DNA of 64,000 nt from Acanthaster planci (lineage: Eukaryota). Every line of letters starts with the position of its first letter. The stretch's first letter is position 1. Shown here piece by piece: positions 1-39,700 of this stretch. The DNA is taken from positions 1,677,667-1,741,666 of the forward strand of contig NW_019091356.1 of assembly GCF_001949145.1 (NCBI RefSeq), written 5' to 3'. A program made the position numbers and the translations under genes. Below the pieces are notes generated by a model that was given only the letters and a program-made list of their open reading frames with translations, was not told the DNA's origin and did not search any database.

Positions 1-26206
<26,206 letters not shown>

Positions 26207-26301
26207 TATCCCAGAATCTCTTCTCTTACCACTATGACATGTTCTCAGTTAAATTACCTCTAAAAACGTAATGTTAACATTATTTATGACATTTTGCTGG
26301 T

Positions 26302-26352
26302 AATAAATTACATAGTTAAAACTTCTTTATTGTTCACCGAATATGAAATAAA
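26302..26352 (+). terminator. Two candidate polyadenylation signals of the guanylyl cyclase gene
   Basis: AATAAA at 26302-26307 and 26347-26352, about 100-150 nt after the stop codon. Confidence 0.55.
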
Positions 26353-26609
26353 CATCAAAACCTTGAGAAACTCCGATAAAAAGGCAAGTTCTGACAACAA
26401 TTCAGTTCTGAAGCAAATTTGGTTGATACCTGCCATCATTTTTCAAAGCAGTTTTCCATTCTAAAAATGGCCAAAATGTTTTGACATTTATTCCTTATGA
26501 TATAGTTCAATATCAAGTACACGTACCCTAATAGACAGTGTAAAAAGGCGTTCAAGTAGGATTTCAAGCTTTGTATGGTGGAAGTTACATGAGCACACCA
26601 TGGAATCAA

Positions 26610-26733
26610 TCTCTTCAGAAGAGGTGTGGTTCTGAGAAGGACTGATGAGTATTAACTGAGAAGAACCGGTAAGTATTAACCGGTGAGTTGATACTTACTG
26701 GTTCTTCTCAGAACCTCACCTCTTCTGAAGAGA
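26610..26733. repeat. Inverted repeat (30-bp arms), MITE-like
   Basis: TCTCTTCAGAAGAGGTGTGGTTCTGAGAAG (26610-26639) matches the reverse complement of 26704-26733 at 29/30. Confidence 0.8.
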
Positions 26734-29700
26734 CAATTTCCAGGCTGTACCCGCAAACTTACGGCTCAGATTGCATTCAATCGAAAACGTTGGTCAAATC
26801 TTACCCAAATCAGTCTAATTTTTAGGTTATTCCAGTCACACCGTTGGTTGAAACAACACTGCCCAACATGTTTAAACCACATTTTTCACAAAGTGAGGCT
26901 TCGTTGTGAGCGTGAGACAAATTTGTGGGCGACTGACATCATTGCAGGGATGTGAGCGAACCGAGAACAGAGCTGTAGAGACGGCTGTGTGGTTGTTTTC
27001 ATACGGAACGTGTGAAGCGGACGTTAAAGAGTTCTTGGACAGAATTGTGGGTGGAAGGGAAAGCAGTAGTGAAACTGATCTATGCATGAAAGAGGAAAAC
27101 TAAATACCAGAAAGGAGCTTTAGAAATTTTTTTTACTGCTGTGGACTTGTTGACAACTGAAAAAAAAACGTGAGCTAAAAGATGTGCATTATTTTTTCCC
27201 TTCAAAACGAACCAATTCACAAGCGCTTAAGCGTATCAGGGCTGTACATCTTTTTTGTGCTCGTACGCTAGGGGCGGAATATACTAGGTCGCAAAAATAA
27301 CCTGGAATGTTATTACACTGGGCGCCTAATCAATAGTCATATACCCTGCGATTCTAAGAAAAAAACCAACATCAATAACTTTTGGTGTTAACGGTATGAA
27401 ATGAACGGCTGTGAAGCGTAACTGGTTATCGTGAGAGTGCCATCGGGGTGTCTGTGTCGTGTATGGCCCAAAGGTTCTAATGGCTGAATGTGATTTTCCT
27501 GCCTTTCATTGATTTGTATGGACTACCGTGCCAGGAAAATTTCACTCCTGAAAATCCGAAGATTTAAAGCGGTTTGTAGTGATGCCGAAGGCAGACCACG
27601 AAGAAAATAGATTAAAAAATCCTCGCAATATGGGCCAGGTATCATGTCAAGACTTTTTTCACCCCCTGAATGATACTTGTGTTTCTTGGTATCTTTTGGG
27701 AATAGGGTTAAAATCTCTCCTTTTCCATCTTGAATGAATTGCTTGTGCACAATTTCGTTGACATAGGGCAGTGTTGACTCGTTTCGTGTACCGGTATATC
27801 TTCTGACGGAATTGACTGTTTCAAGTTTCGGCTCGCTTTACAAAAAAAGGTTTGCCTTGAAAACTTTAACAAGTTCGGCCTTTTTGCTAAAAAAGAAAGA
27901 CTTTATCCCAATGTCCCCCGGCCACCTCGGAAAGAACAAGGCTGGTGATGAGGACATGAGCTTCAAATTATTTCCAGAAAGGGTAGCTGGCCATTATTTT
28001 TTATTTTTTGCATGTCTGTCCACCTGTTATTGGTAACGGGTTGATGCAAATACAAATTTATGAGGCAGACAAACCACCAGCGGACCAGAGGTTATTTAAA
28101 TCCTTAACCAACGAAGGCCTGTTTGCTTTTGGCAAATGATCTTTTCCCCATTACTGTTAAGGCTTCTTGATTATTAAGGTTTCCTACTTAGTGCCGACAG
28201 AACAAAGGATAGGACGTGCAATTCTTTAACACGATATGTTTGCCGTTCGGTGTTGGGATCAAAGTTTCTGTGAATTATAATCTTTAAATGTAGGCCTAGA
28301 TTCATTAGGCAGAGGAATTTTGACTTGTAAATAACCAGTTCATGTCAGCTGTGTCAAGAGAATGTTTATATATTGAAGGGAAGCATAACTTGGGGAAATG
28401 TTTTCGTCTCGTCTCCATCATGTTAGTCGTCATCTGTGATGTACAATGAAAAGTTATTTTCATAAAACGCAACGTTTTACAATACCTCAATGAAATGAAC
28501 AGGTTTGTTTTGATATTCTGTATTTTTCTCGTGTTGCTTCGTTTTTAAGGATCGGATTGAGCGACAACGGTCAGAAAAAAATAAACCTAGCACACAGGAC
28601 AGCTCCCTTATTTAAAAAGGCTGCGTACTTTAACATAAAAAGCCAGCACATTATACATGTACACTGGAGACATGAAAATCAGGGACACCCAAAGTTCACA
28701 TTTGCATTTTTCTGGTCACGCCATTTTTTTCGCTGATCACACGCCTCCCAATACAAGCGAGGCTATCCGCTGGACGTCTGGCCAGCATTTCACACCCTGT
28801 GCTCGGTACAGATGCGAGAGTGTGTTGCCTTCGTGCCAGAATTTCCATGGTTCCCACTTTGGAGAATGGGACATAATGGCACCATTATTATAAAAGAGAC
28901 CACAGTTAATTAGCGATCGGGCAAATGATGACTAAAAAAAGGAACTGGATCAAATACAAGTTATTTCTGGTGTTGTCTTTCACTTACCTCTGCGCATTAC
29001 TCGGCAATACGTGGATACATGACTCGCGTGACAAACGTGACGTGCAGGACACATCTAGCAATTTTTTAGTCTTGCTGGTAAATGCACCAAAGGTTTCCTC
29101 GGTTGCCGACTGGTAGAGCTCGGAAAAGCTGAAGAAACTGGGGGGAGCAGATGATGAGGAAAGTGTTACATTTTTTAGAGGTATATACTACAGAACTCAA
29201 ACTCACAGACTCGGGTCTTACGGAGTGGAACACAATCCGTAGGTAGGCCTAGATGGGGTTCAAACCTAACTCGCAAGTTTCGAAGGCGAAAAAAAACCTG
29301 AAGCGCAAAATAGCCATTTGCTGACATAATGCTTAACAAAGGTTGCATTTACATGTACCTACATCATAAAAAAGAACTGACGTGACATTATTCTGAATCC
29401 ATCCCTCAGGCACAAATGGAAGAGGTCAGAGGTCACTGCCCTGGGCTCAGTCATGAATTCATGACATTACCCATGATGCTCCACGATACATGGAATCATC
29501 TTGCTAATGTCTTAATTAGATGAATTGTCCGAGCCTATAGCCGCATGCAAACACTTCAAACATTCCAATTCTACACAAAGTCAGTCTTTATTGCTTTTAG
29601 ATCTGCCTTTTGAAGGGCTATAGAGTAATTGGAAGAGAGCAATATTTAGTAATTCTTTCAGAGGAATGGAACTCTGTTTTCCTTCTATTCAGATTTTTTG

Positions 29701-32700
29701 TGCCTGTTTTCACTTTTGAGCAAAGAAAACGGAGTTCTGTTGCATCTAGGATTGGCCTCCGTCTAGAATGCCCTGTTACATATTGCTCAACAGCCATTGT
29801 TCCTGATAAAAGCCCTGGAATTCAGAATTCACCTCCCCCACCCAAAAAAACATGATTCGACCCACGACGCTGGATATTCCTTCATTTTGAAACACAGTGA
29901 CAGCGTGAAACTATACTTCAGCCACATATGGTACGCCGGTGCCGTTGGTCGAAGGCGTATCACGCCACGCCGCCTCGTCTGCAGGATATTGTATTGGCCT
30001 CAGCCAGCGAGCGGCGTTTAGGGAGAGGTCGTTTTCTATCAGCGATAAAATAAAACATCTGGAAGGCAAGGAAAATGGCCCAGGGATCGCACCAATCGAT
30101 GCTGAAAAAGCCTGCATCGATCGAAATAAGTTTCAGTAATATTCATGTGTTTCAGGTAAAGGCAGAAAGAGGACACAGCTGGAGAAGAGTGAGTCACAAA
30201 AGGAAAAACCGAATCGGCAGGCAGAAACGTGGGTATCAAAGAAAGGAAGGGTTTTAAAATGTCGAGCATACTAGTGTCGCATCTGTAAATATTTCGATGT
30301 TAAGATCGAGCTTTGTCATTATGCTGTTGCTCGTATATTATGTGAGTGTACTGTCGGAGGTACGATGTGACCGTAAGGGGTGTTGCATTTCGGTTTCGCT
30401 TTCATGTTGATTAAAATTCGGAATTGAATCATTTCCATTGGAGTTTCATGTTGTGAACTGTGGCTTTTGGGAGATGCACACTCGTATCTACATGTATTTT
30501 GGTCGCAGGCCTTCTAAATCTGTGTCACCGTTTTTGACATTTCAATTAGTAAAATGTAAAAGTTATTGTTCCGGTAATGGCGAGAGAAGATTGCTGTCAC
30601 ATAGAGTATTCGTCTATTTCCCCTGGTGACTACATCGTGTACGGCAATGGGATTTTGTATTTACGATTCCAATCACTTCCACTCCGATTCCATTTGGAGG
30701 TAAAAGGAACGATTGGACCCCGCTTTAATTTCAGTTTACATCCATTAGTGGAAAGGCACACGGCATGACTTCTGAGAAAGTTGGCGAATGACCATGTTTT
30801 TTGGCTGTTGAAATTGCCGGCCTGTTTTTGTGCAAATGGGGTGTACATTTCTTCAGATTACGACGATGGCCAGAGCGTTTGTAAATAACCGTTTCTGGAT
30901 GGTGGGATCGCAAGCTAATAATTTAGACTCATGTTTAACAGTAGGCTGCGAATGAAATGAGGACAGACAGTAAACAAGGAGAACTGAATATCATCGTCTA
31001 GGAGACATTAGTTTGAACAGGAGGCAACAAGGAGATACTTGCCAATCGGTGGCGCATTAGGGTTGCGAAGAAATGTTTGTCTTTTCTTACAGCGACAGAC
31101 TGCACCAGCATTTCTTTAGAACCAATGTTTCGTTTATAGGTGTCAGCCTGTTACGTCAACTAAGGGATTTGTTCGGCTCGGCTCCCAAGCCCGGAAATGT
31201 CACGGCTTCGAACTTTTACCAGCAACGGCGCGGCAATGGACATCTTCTCCGCCTTTTTTTTTAAATTGTTTTTCTTCGTGTGGGACGGCAGGCTAACCGT
31301 CGCATATCTGGTTCAATAAATTCACGAAAACAGGAGAAGGGCCGAAGGCATTGCAAGTAGTTGCTTCAGGTAACCGTACACGAGGTTTGTACGAGATATC
31401 CGTCGAAGATGGTCGAGTGGAAAGGAGTAATACGTCTACGATGGTAAAGCTGACTACCCCGCTGTGCCGAAGGATATTTTCAATTTGAAAATAACCTGCC
31501 AAACAAAAATAAAAATTTAAAGTTTAGGTTTGAAGTCAATTTCAATAATATATCCCGTGTGAAATTACACAGGTCAGGTGTAACAGAGACAGAAAAACTG
31601 TCACACTTCAAACCCCAAATTTATAAAATGACCCACCACTGTTCGATTAAAATACTTGGGTGTGTTCACACGATGGAACTGCTATGCAAGGGTGCATCTT
31701 TCCATATCCGTATTCGCACAAAGGTTCAGTGGAATCTTTGAGCAAGCCTGTCAGTGCAGACAAGGGCGCGGGGAGGGGGGACTTCAGCAACTCTTCACGG
31801 ATCTCATCACCCGTCATGCACAGAGTGATGCTTGTTTAATGATGGTGAAACACTGCTCGACAGACATCCAAGTCAGCGCGCAACTCATCTCCTAATTATT
31901 TCCCGCTCTTCTTTCTCCTCGACAGGAAGCGAGGTGGAAGGAATGCGACTCGGCCAGGCAACGCTGCACATTTTGTTAAAACGCGTTTATCACTGGTCCT
32001 TCGATAAAAATGAACTCAATTGACCTTATTAACACAAGTCGGAAGCGAGGTTGACTTTTTATATTGGGAATTTGAAAATAATATAAAACAATGAAATAAA
32101 AGCTCATTACAGATTAATTTCATTTACAATGATGAATGATGGAAACATTATTATTTACGATATCTAATGTTTTCAGAAGCATTTAAAACACAAAACGAAA
32201 GTAAGGCGTGGAACCCAAAGTAGCCTGGCACCATCCGATTTGGCAGATAAGATAGATTCAAGGAACATGATCAAAAATGGCTTCCTTACGAAAAAGGTCT
32301 CAGTTCAAGTAGAGTAACGTACGCCAATCAATGGCATTCGTGTAGTGAATAGCATTTTCCAACTCTCTATGCAAATAACATTAACCGTTGAGTTCCCGAG
32401 GACGTATTTGCACGTATCATGACCGCACCACAAATTCACGGCATATTGTGGAAAGAAAGTCAATGACGATAAATTGAAAAGCGTGTGCAAACACCAATCA
32501 TAGTAAGCAGACATTTGCTGGTTTCGTTTCAATAACAGCTTTAACTGAGGAGGGGATAATAATCACTGACGTCATCACGATTTGTTTGCGATTCTGATGC
32601 TATGCACCACACTTGTACCCTGGAATTCGGAATCGACTAATTGAATGCCTAAGAAGTGAAATCGGAGATCAATGAGTATCGATTAGCGGTGGTGACCGCG

Positions 32701-33548
32701 CACAACACGCACGATGCAAGAAAACATCACAATGCAGCGGGGGGACAGGACCCTAATGTGGTTAACGTTGCTAACTAAATTCCGAGGCCCGGGAATTATA
32801 CAAATTACGCAAGGTTCCCTTTCCTGTTTGGCTCCCGTCCCCGCGGGTGACAAAACAACCTTAGAGCCCCGTGCGCAAGGTTGTGGCAACAAATTACCCA
32901 AGTACGTGATGTCAACCGGCGGGCGTGCAACACAGCGGGCGTTTCCTGACATCCGATGCAGCTTGTCTTGTCAGTCAAGTTGAATGTGTGTACTTCTCCG
33001 TCCCGTCTTTTTTCAGGTTGTGTATTGGGTCTGAAATCCATCGATTAATTGAGACATCGTCCACGTGAGCAAGGGTATTATTTCTTTCATTCCTTGCTTT
33101 CTGGCCGTCACTGTACATACCCCGGACGTCAGTACATTCTTGGGAATAATACTTTCTAATTTCCCATAATCAGGGGTGGGTGGGGTTGTAAACATTTTGA
33201 CAAACCATTGTATCTCTCTTAGATATCAGGGTCAAGATCTGACCTAGTTCAAAATTCGGGACTAAGAGATCATTATTCTATTCAAGCCCCAATTACAGAA
33301 AAAAATGCTTATGCAACAGCAAGAGCCCTCTATCTGCATGCATGAACTGAGATCACGCATTTTGTCGGTGACCGGTAGTTTCCATTGCCAAACCAAGTTT
33401 GAAGTCGACCCGAATCCAATGAAAACTTCTCAATGTATTCTGGGAGTGTGCTCAAGTTTTTCCCTCCCAGTTTTCCATAGACACCAAATGCTAGACATGG
33501 AATTATATGCTGCCGAAATAATTCTCCGTACCCAAATGGTATACCCAG

Positions 33549-33785
33549 GGGCCAATTTTATAGAACTGCTTAAGCACATAATCTGCTTAAGAGGGAAAAA
33601 ACTTTGCTTAATAAACAAAGGTAACCAGCTCAAACTCTGAGTGTCATGCTAACCAAAAAACAGCTAAATACAATTCTAAAACAATATACATCACATGGAG
33701 TTTTAGCTGGTTACCTGATTTATCAAGTAAGGTTTTTTCGCGCTTAAGCAAATTTTGTGCTTAAGCAGCTCTATGAAATTGGCCC
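33549..33785. mobile_element. MITE, PIF/Harbinger-like (3-bp TSD CAG)
   Basis: ~30-bp TIRs GGGCCAATTTTATAGAACTGCTTAAGCACA / TGTGCTTAAGCAGCTCTATGAAATTGGCCC, with CAG on both flanks. The superfamily is inferred from the 3-bp TSD and GGG termini. Confidence 0.8.
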
Positions 33786-36700
33786 CAGGTTTTTACTGAC
33801 GTCACAATGGGGCTGCAACCCCTATTCCGTGTAATAGTCAAACGCGTCGAATATTTCACGACTTCATATACATCTACATGCTCCATAGATATGAGAAGAG
33901 TCCTCAGTTTTGTTTATTCTACTGATATCTAGGCCATGCGATGGGTTATCACACATGCGTGCCTGGAATACGCACAAGGTTGACACAAATATATTAAAGG
34001 TTGTGCACAAAACAAGGCGCAGTTTAACCTAGGCGTGTGATTTTTTTTCGCCGTTTAGGCGACACGACATGGAAAATTTAGGGAGAATATGGCACACCAT
34101 CAATATCGGGAAGAAAATACACCCAGGAGGGTGTCGGCTGTTTTGGTTCGTGAAGAAAACCATTTTTACAAGGCTTTGCTCTGGAATCCGCTCAACGGTC
34201 ATGCTCTTTACACAAGAAGAGTGACACATCTCAAAATCAACTGAGGAATCAATACCAAACGAGAGCTGTTTTCATGAGAATCAGACCCCTGAACTGAAAG
34301 TGAGATGTTTCTTTTACTTCCTAACAATTTCATCGCGATGCCACCGCCCAATTACACATGAAATGTACTGAAATTAATTCAAAGACTCACAACGAACACA
34401 ACTGGCGAAAAACTGAAATGCAACTGATGAAGATAGAGAGCAGTTTAGCACATTAATCTGCTCATTCACTCCGGATCACAAGTCATCTATCAAAATGAAA
34501 CGCACTTCATCTCTGACAAATTGCGCACAGTCCCCTCGTTAAATACGAACAGGTCAAACGTGACCTGTGATCTAATTTACTCCAACCAACGTGAGATAGT
34601 AAGTACACAGGCCACTTGCCAATCACTCTGTGGCCTACAGACATCGAGGACCGCACGCAGTATAAAATGTACAGCCAACACCGGGATGTGCATTATAATT
34701 ATTTTCAGGGTTCCCAGCATTTCATGAAAATAAACTTCCTCGATACTTCGCTGAGGTTTTTGCATCATGAATTTTCTAAATTCACAGATATTTATTTCTA
34801 CCCTTTGTCCAGTTTGACAGGTCTTTAGTGTTGCTGCAGTGAACAATACTTGCTGTGAAATATAACAGACTTTTGGGCCAATCAAGATTGCCTGACTGTT
34901 CGATAATTTGAGGTACTTTTCTCACCCCCCCCCCCACTTTTCCCTGACTGGTAAAAGTGGAAACTCATTTTCCAGGTTTCCCTGATTTTTAGGACGGGCT
35001 CGGAACCCTGGTATTCTTTGAGATGTCCCCTGCATAATTTTGGGGTCTGCAATATGAAGTGTACTCCGTATGGAAGGGCGTCTCCATTTTGCTTGGCCGG
35101 CAAGAACGGATATCCATGGGAAGCGGCCGTGCAGCCACTTGACCACGGTCCCAGTAGCCGCACGTGCCACTGCCTATCGTAGCCGAGCGTAGATTGTCTT
35201 TCTTTTGTGAGTTTGTGACGTTCTGAAAACATCCATCAGAACCCCACAACGTCACAAAAGAAAATTCGTACACGGTGCTACTCCACCATGCAAACCATCA
35301 ACTCGTAGCTGAATTTTTTTTCGCTGGCTGCTTAAGATGTGTCCGGTGGACGACAGAGGGCGCTGCAGGCTTTGGAATTTGAAGGAGTGACCGAGGGTCT
35401 CTCGAGGATCACTTCTTTGTAGGATCGGTCTTCTGCTGACCATATCTTGGCAGTTCACCTTTACCGATTGGCCTTGGTTATCGCTGTTAGCACACCGTCG
35501 CTTGGCATCACTAACACGCGGTATTTTGATCCGGTTTACGCTGTAAAGGGTATGGGTGATGCGAAATATGGAATTGAAAGCCGTGCACAGGGGATCGATT
35601 ACAGCGTCCATCTCGAAAAGTCGGCCACGGCGCCGATATCATGAACTGTCCGGAAAGAACACACGAGAGCAATGATCGGGGGGCTCTCGCGTCATCAAGA
35701 CCTCCAATGTGAAAATGACGAGCCTCGTGACTGCACGCCTTAGCAGACCGGGAGGGGGTCCGGTCTTGACGTTCTGGCACGAAAGCAGATTGGCCTAAAA
35801 TAATTGTAGTCATGTGGCGCTCATTACGTATTCACTTTAATTACCGAAGTAATTGGACATGCATGTGCAATTTCGGGCCGTGGAAATTTTGGACCAGCTT
35901 TGTTGCTGTTGTTATAGAACGAAATGGAGCAACAATCGAGTCCCTAAAACATAGAGACAAAGATGCTCAGAAGAGACGCAGAGTCTCCCTAAGGAGTCTA
36001 GGTTTCGTCACAATTTTGATTGATATCAGCTATTCCATCTTTTGTCGAAGGTGCCAAGCGAATGAATCAAACATAGCCCACGAAAGTGCAAGACATCGCC
36101 GCTGGTGTTGTGAATCGCACGCCTTGGAACTTTGATTAAATCCAGTCTCCGCGACAGAAAATACTCGGCAAAGAAATATGTGACCAGAAAAAAAGCAAAT
36201 CATTGCGACCAATGTCGTGATGCATCATTTTATTTAAGATACTGGGTTAGCGGGAGTGAGAAGTAACGCTGGCATTGACCTTCTAAGCATTAATGCGGAG
36301 CAAATAAAAAAAATGCCTCATACGCTCTCTATGCGCGGTCCTACCTTGAATTTCAGACACCCCCCCCGGCGCGTGCGCTGTGAAAGTATTCTCAGCAGTC
36401 CCTTTCTTAATCAAATTTCCCAGAAATGTCTGGCTCTGCCAGGCCGATTGCATAATTTGCTCGCTTTTTTAAGCGGGGAGGAGCCCCTTTATACTTAATT
36501 GTCTCAAATGTAATGACATTTAAACCCTCTTAAGAACCATAAATGCAATTGTTATGGCAGCAGAAACTGACCCCGACGAGTAACCAGATCGTGGCATTCA
36601 ACTCGCAAGGCATCTTAGTGACAGGTCATCTCTGACCTCGACTAAATCCATAATTTGATATTGAAACAAGCAAAATGGTCTTGTTTTTTTCAAAACACGA

Positions 36701-39700
36701 TACAGAGCCTTTCACATCTTTCACAATTCTAAACATGAAGATCTGTGTATAAAAGCTCAACAAAACTCTTCAAAAGAGGAGGGATTCCGTTGTCAGGCAC
36801 GTACACAAACATCACTGCTTTAATCAGAACGAACTACAGGAAGATTTTCGCACCCTGAATGTACCGTGTAACTGGAGCCGATTCTCAAAGTCAAGAACGC
36901 ACATCAGCCCTCATGCTGGAGAAGGAGGTGCTTTCCGTAAACATCCGATGTGGTCGACGGTAACAAAAGGTCTCCCTACGGAGAGAGTTAGTGTCACGTC
37001 CGCATCGGCAAGAGGTTTGAAAGTCTTCTACAGTGCAGTGGTCATCAAGTGTTTAAAACCCACGGAAGCAGTTCCCAATCCCAACTGCAAGCATAAAGTG
37101 CAAGATAGATATTGGGTCATACATTAACCTTCGAATTTAGGAAGGGGTCATCCAAACAGCTTCGAGAAGCACATCTTAACATTTTCCCCACAAGTTATAA
37201 CTCCTCACATAAACGGGCCAAAAATATGTGCCTCTGGCCGGCATAGTTTTAATTTCTAGCGTTGATGAAGTCTTAGTTTGAGCATCACACCCGAACCTCT
37301 AACCAAATTACAGCACATTCCCAGCTATGAGAAATATTCACTGCCCATTAAATAAACAGCTATACCGCAATTTAGCGCGCAATAAGGTAGAATTTTGCTC
37401 CTGGATGTCCCCGGAGACCACAGGTGAACGCTGGTCCGGGTTCTTTGCTGACAGGTGCACAAACTCGTCTCTAGGCGTGCACCGCTGCCAACCTGGATTT
37501 TCAAACTGGGAGCCACTCGATTCTAAGTGGCTGTCTCCACTTGGGATTTGTCAGCTAGATCCGGTGACGACATGGAAAACAAAATTTCCAGCGAGTCCGT
37601 GGTGGTAAGACGATACCGGCTTGTCCCGGGCCGGGATTGATTGGAGGACCGGGGCGGGGAGTTGTGGAGACCCGGCCGATGTCTCCGGGCCCGGGGACAA
37701 CTGGTTGAAATTTCCTGCGGCCGTGCCGAAACTTGCTGTGTTTATTTCCTCGACTTGTCGCCACTGCTGACAGGCGCTGTCGCGGTGTCAACCACAATGC
37801 GAAGCCGAAATCGAAATGATGCAACAGCAGCCTTCAATTGATTTAAGAGTGTACGGTTTGTGGGCACGTAGCTTCCTCACTCGTAGCACAAGGTCCGTTC
37901 TGCCATCCGTCAATCGGCCTTCTACGCTGCTCCAAGATTAACGTCAGACAAGGTCACATAATAGTAACCATTTCCAATCTACTAGAGTATTTTCTTCATA
38001 ACAGGAGAGATCGTATGTCAAATGTAGAACGTCACTAGAAGTCTGCCTTCAGCCGCTGCTTAAAGTTCCCAGGCCAAGTAAAATCAATCGGACTGACAGG
38101 CAGTTGATGCGACATGGCGAAGACTCTGTCAACGAACACCCGGACGGACAAACGGAACGGAGGAATGCAGTGTATATAAGGTCTGGTAAAATTCTGGTTT
38201 GTGAAAAATAAGGGACGAGGCCGCTGTAGTTACTGGTCGAAGGGAGCAGGAGAAATCCGATTGCAACAAAGACGCTCAAGACTAAAAGCAAGCGATGCTG
38301 GTCTAATTAAATTCCTTTCACAGCTAATTCATCAGAGTCATTAGATTGTAATTAAACCACTGTAAGTGGGTCACGCACGCAAAGGCACTACCAACCTCAG
38401 GTCGAAAAGACAAGAACGCCGCCGCAATCACCCGAAGCGCTGTGGCTCATGCACCATTTACTGGTGTTAAGATTAAATCTATGAGCGGGCGCAGAAAATA
38501 CAATTTCCAAAAATAAACTTCCAAAAATAATAAAGTAATAAACTACGTAGCGTATTCATATAATCGTATCACTCTGTATCAAGTGTCACAATTACACGGC
38601 TGTAAATGTATTAAATATCAAATAAGTAGGCCTCTCTCTCAGAAAATCGCTTGCAATTCAACTTTCAGAATAAAGAAGCCTTACTTTTTTTAACGCAATG
38701 GTTTATACTAAAGGGAAGGGCCACGTATCCAAATGCCTATCTTTAAGACAACACAAGTGTATATGACGTCTACGAGTCTAGGTTGAAGATAAACAATTCT
38801 TAAGAACTCGAAGCACCGTAACAACTATTTGCAACGACTTATTTCCTCGTAGTACCCTCTTGAAAAGACATTTATGGGGATTATATTAAATAAGGCAGAG
38901 TCGACAGAACCGGCTGGTTGCGTGAAGGTTCCTTCTGTCGAAATAACTGTTCTCTGGTCCGAAACTTCGGTTCACTTTTGTTCTGAGTGTAGTCTCCATG
39001 CATTGCGTAACTTGTTTATCTGATTTACACTCTGAAGATGTTTTTTACAGAAAAGCACGTGAGAATCGTTTCATTGCGTTTAGCCATGAGATTAATTTTA
39101 GATGCAAACCTAAAATATACTGAGAAGAATGTTTGGACAGAGAATACTTTTATTTCTTTAATTCATGAGGATTGTGGTTTAAAACGTTTCCATATTAATT
39201 AAAGACACTTAAAAATAGCAACAATGTTCCAAATTTAACTATATCCGTGGTTATTTAATAAGGGAGGTGGTATTGAAACCAAAACCGAAAAGGTAACTCT
39301 GTCTCTGAATGTGCAATTTAGGTTGCCCAAAATATCAGTTCATGGAATGACGTGGGTAAACCTATCCCAAGACTAAATTCCTTGTTTAGCTGTACAAAGT
39401 ACAAAATGTCAAAATTTGAAAAGGTGTAAAACATCCTTTAGTGCTCTTAAACATCGCCAGTATTTTCCCCCAAAGTCACTTTTCTGTCCTCAATTTCAAG
39501 TTCCAATTTACACTTCCGACAATATAGCGTGCCCCGAATTCAACTAATGTTACTGGAAAAGACAAATCGTATTCTGCGTAGCCATCGAGGCCAATTAATC
39601 ATTGAAAGCGAATCGATTTAAATATCATGTACCGGCCATTAGGACAGTTCAGCTGTAATCGTGGCAACATGTGCAGGTGATATGACAGGGTTAAACCATT

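Noticed and set aside
28587..28606. REST/NRSE-like site TAGCACACAGGACAGCTCC
   Set aside because: Several mismatches in the left half, far from the promoter, and I cannot assume REST-type regulation in this organism.
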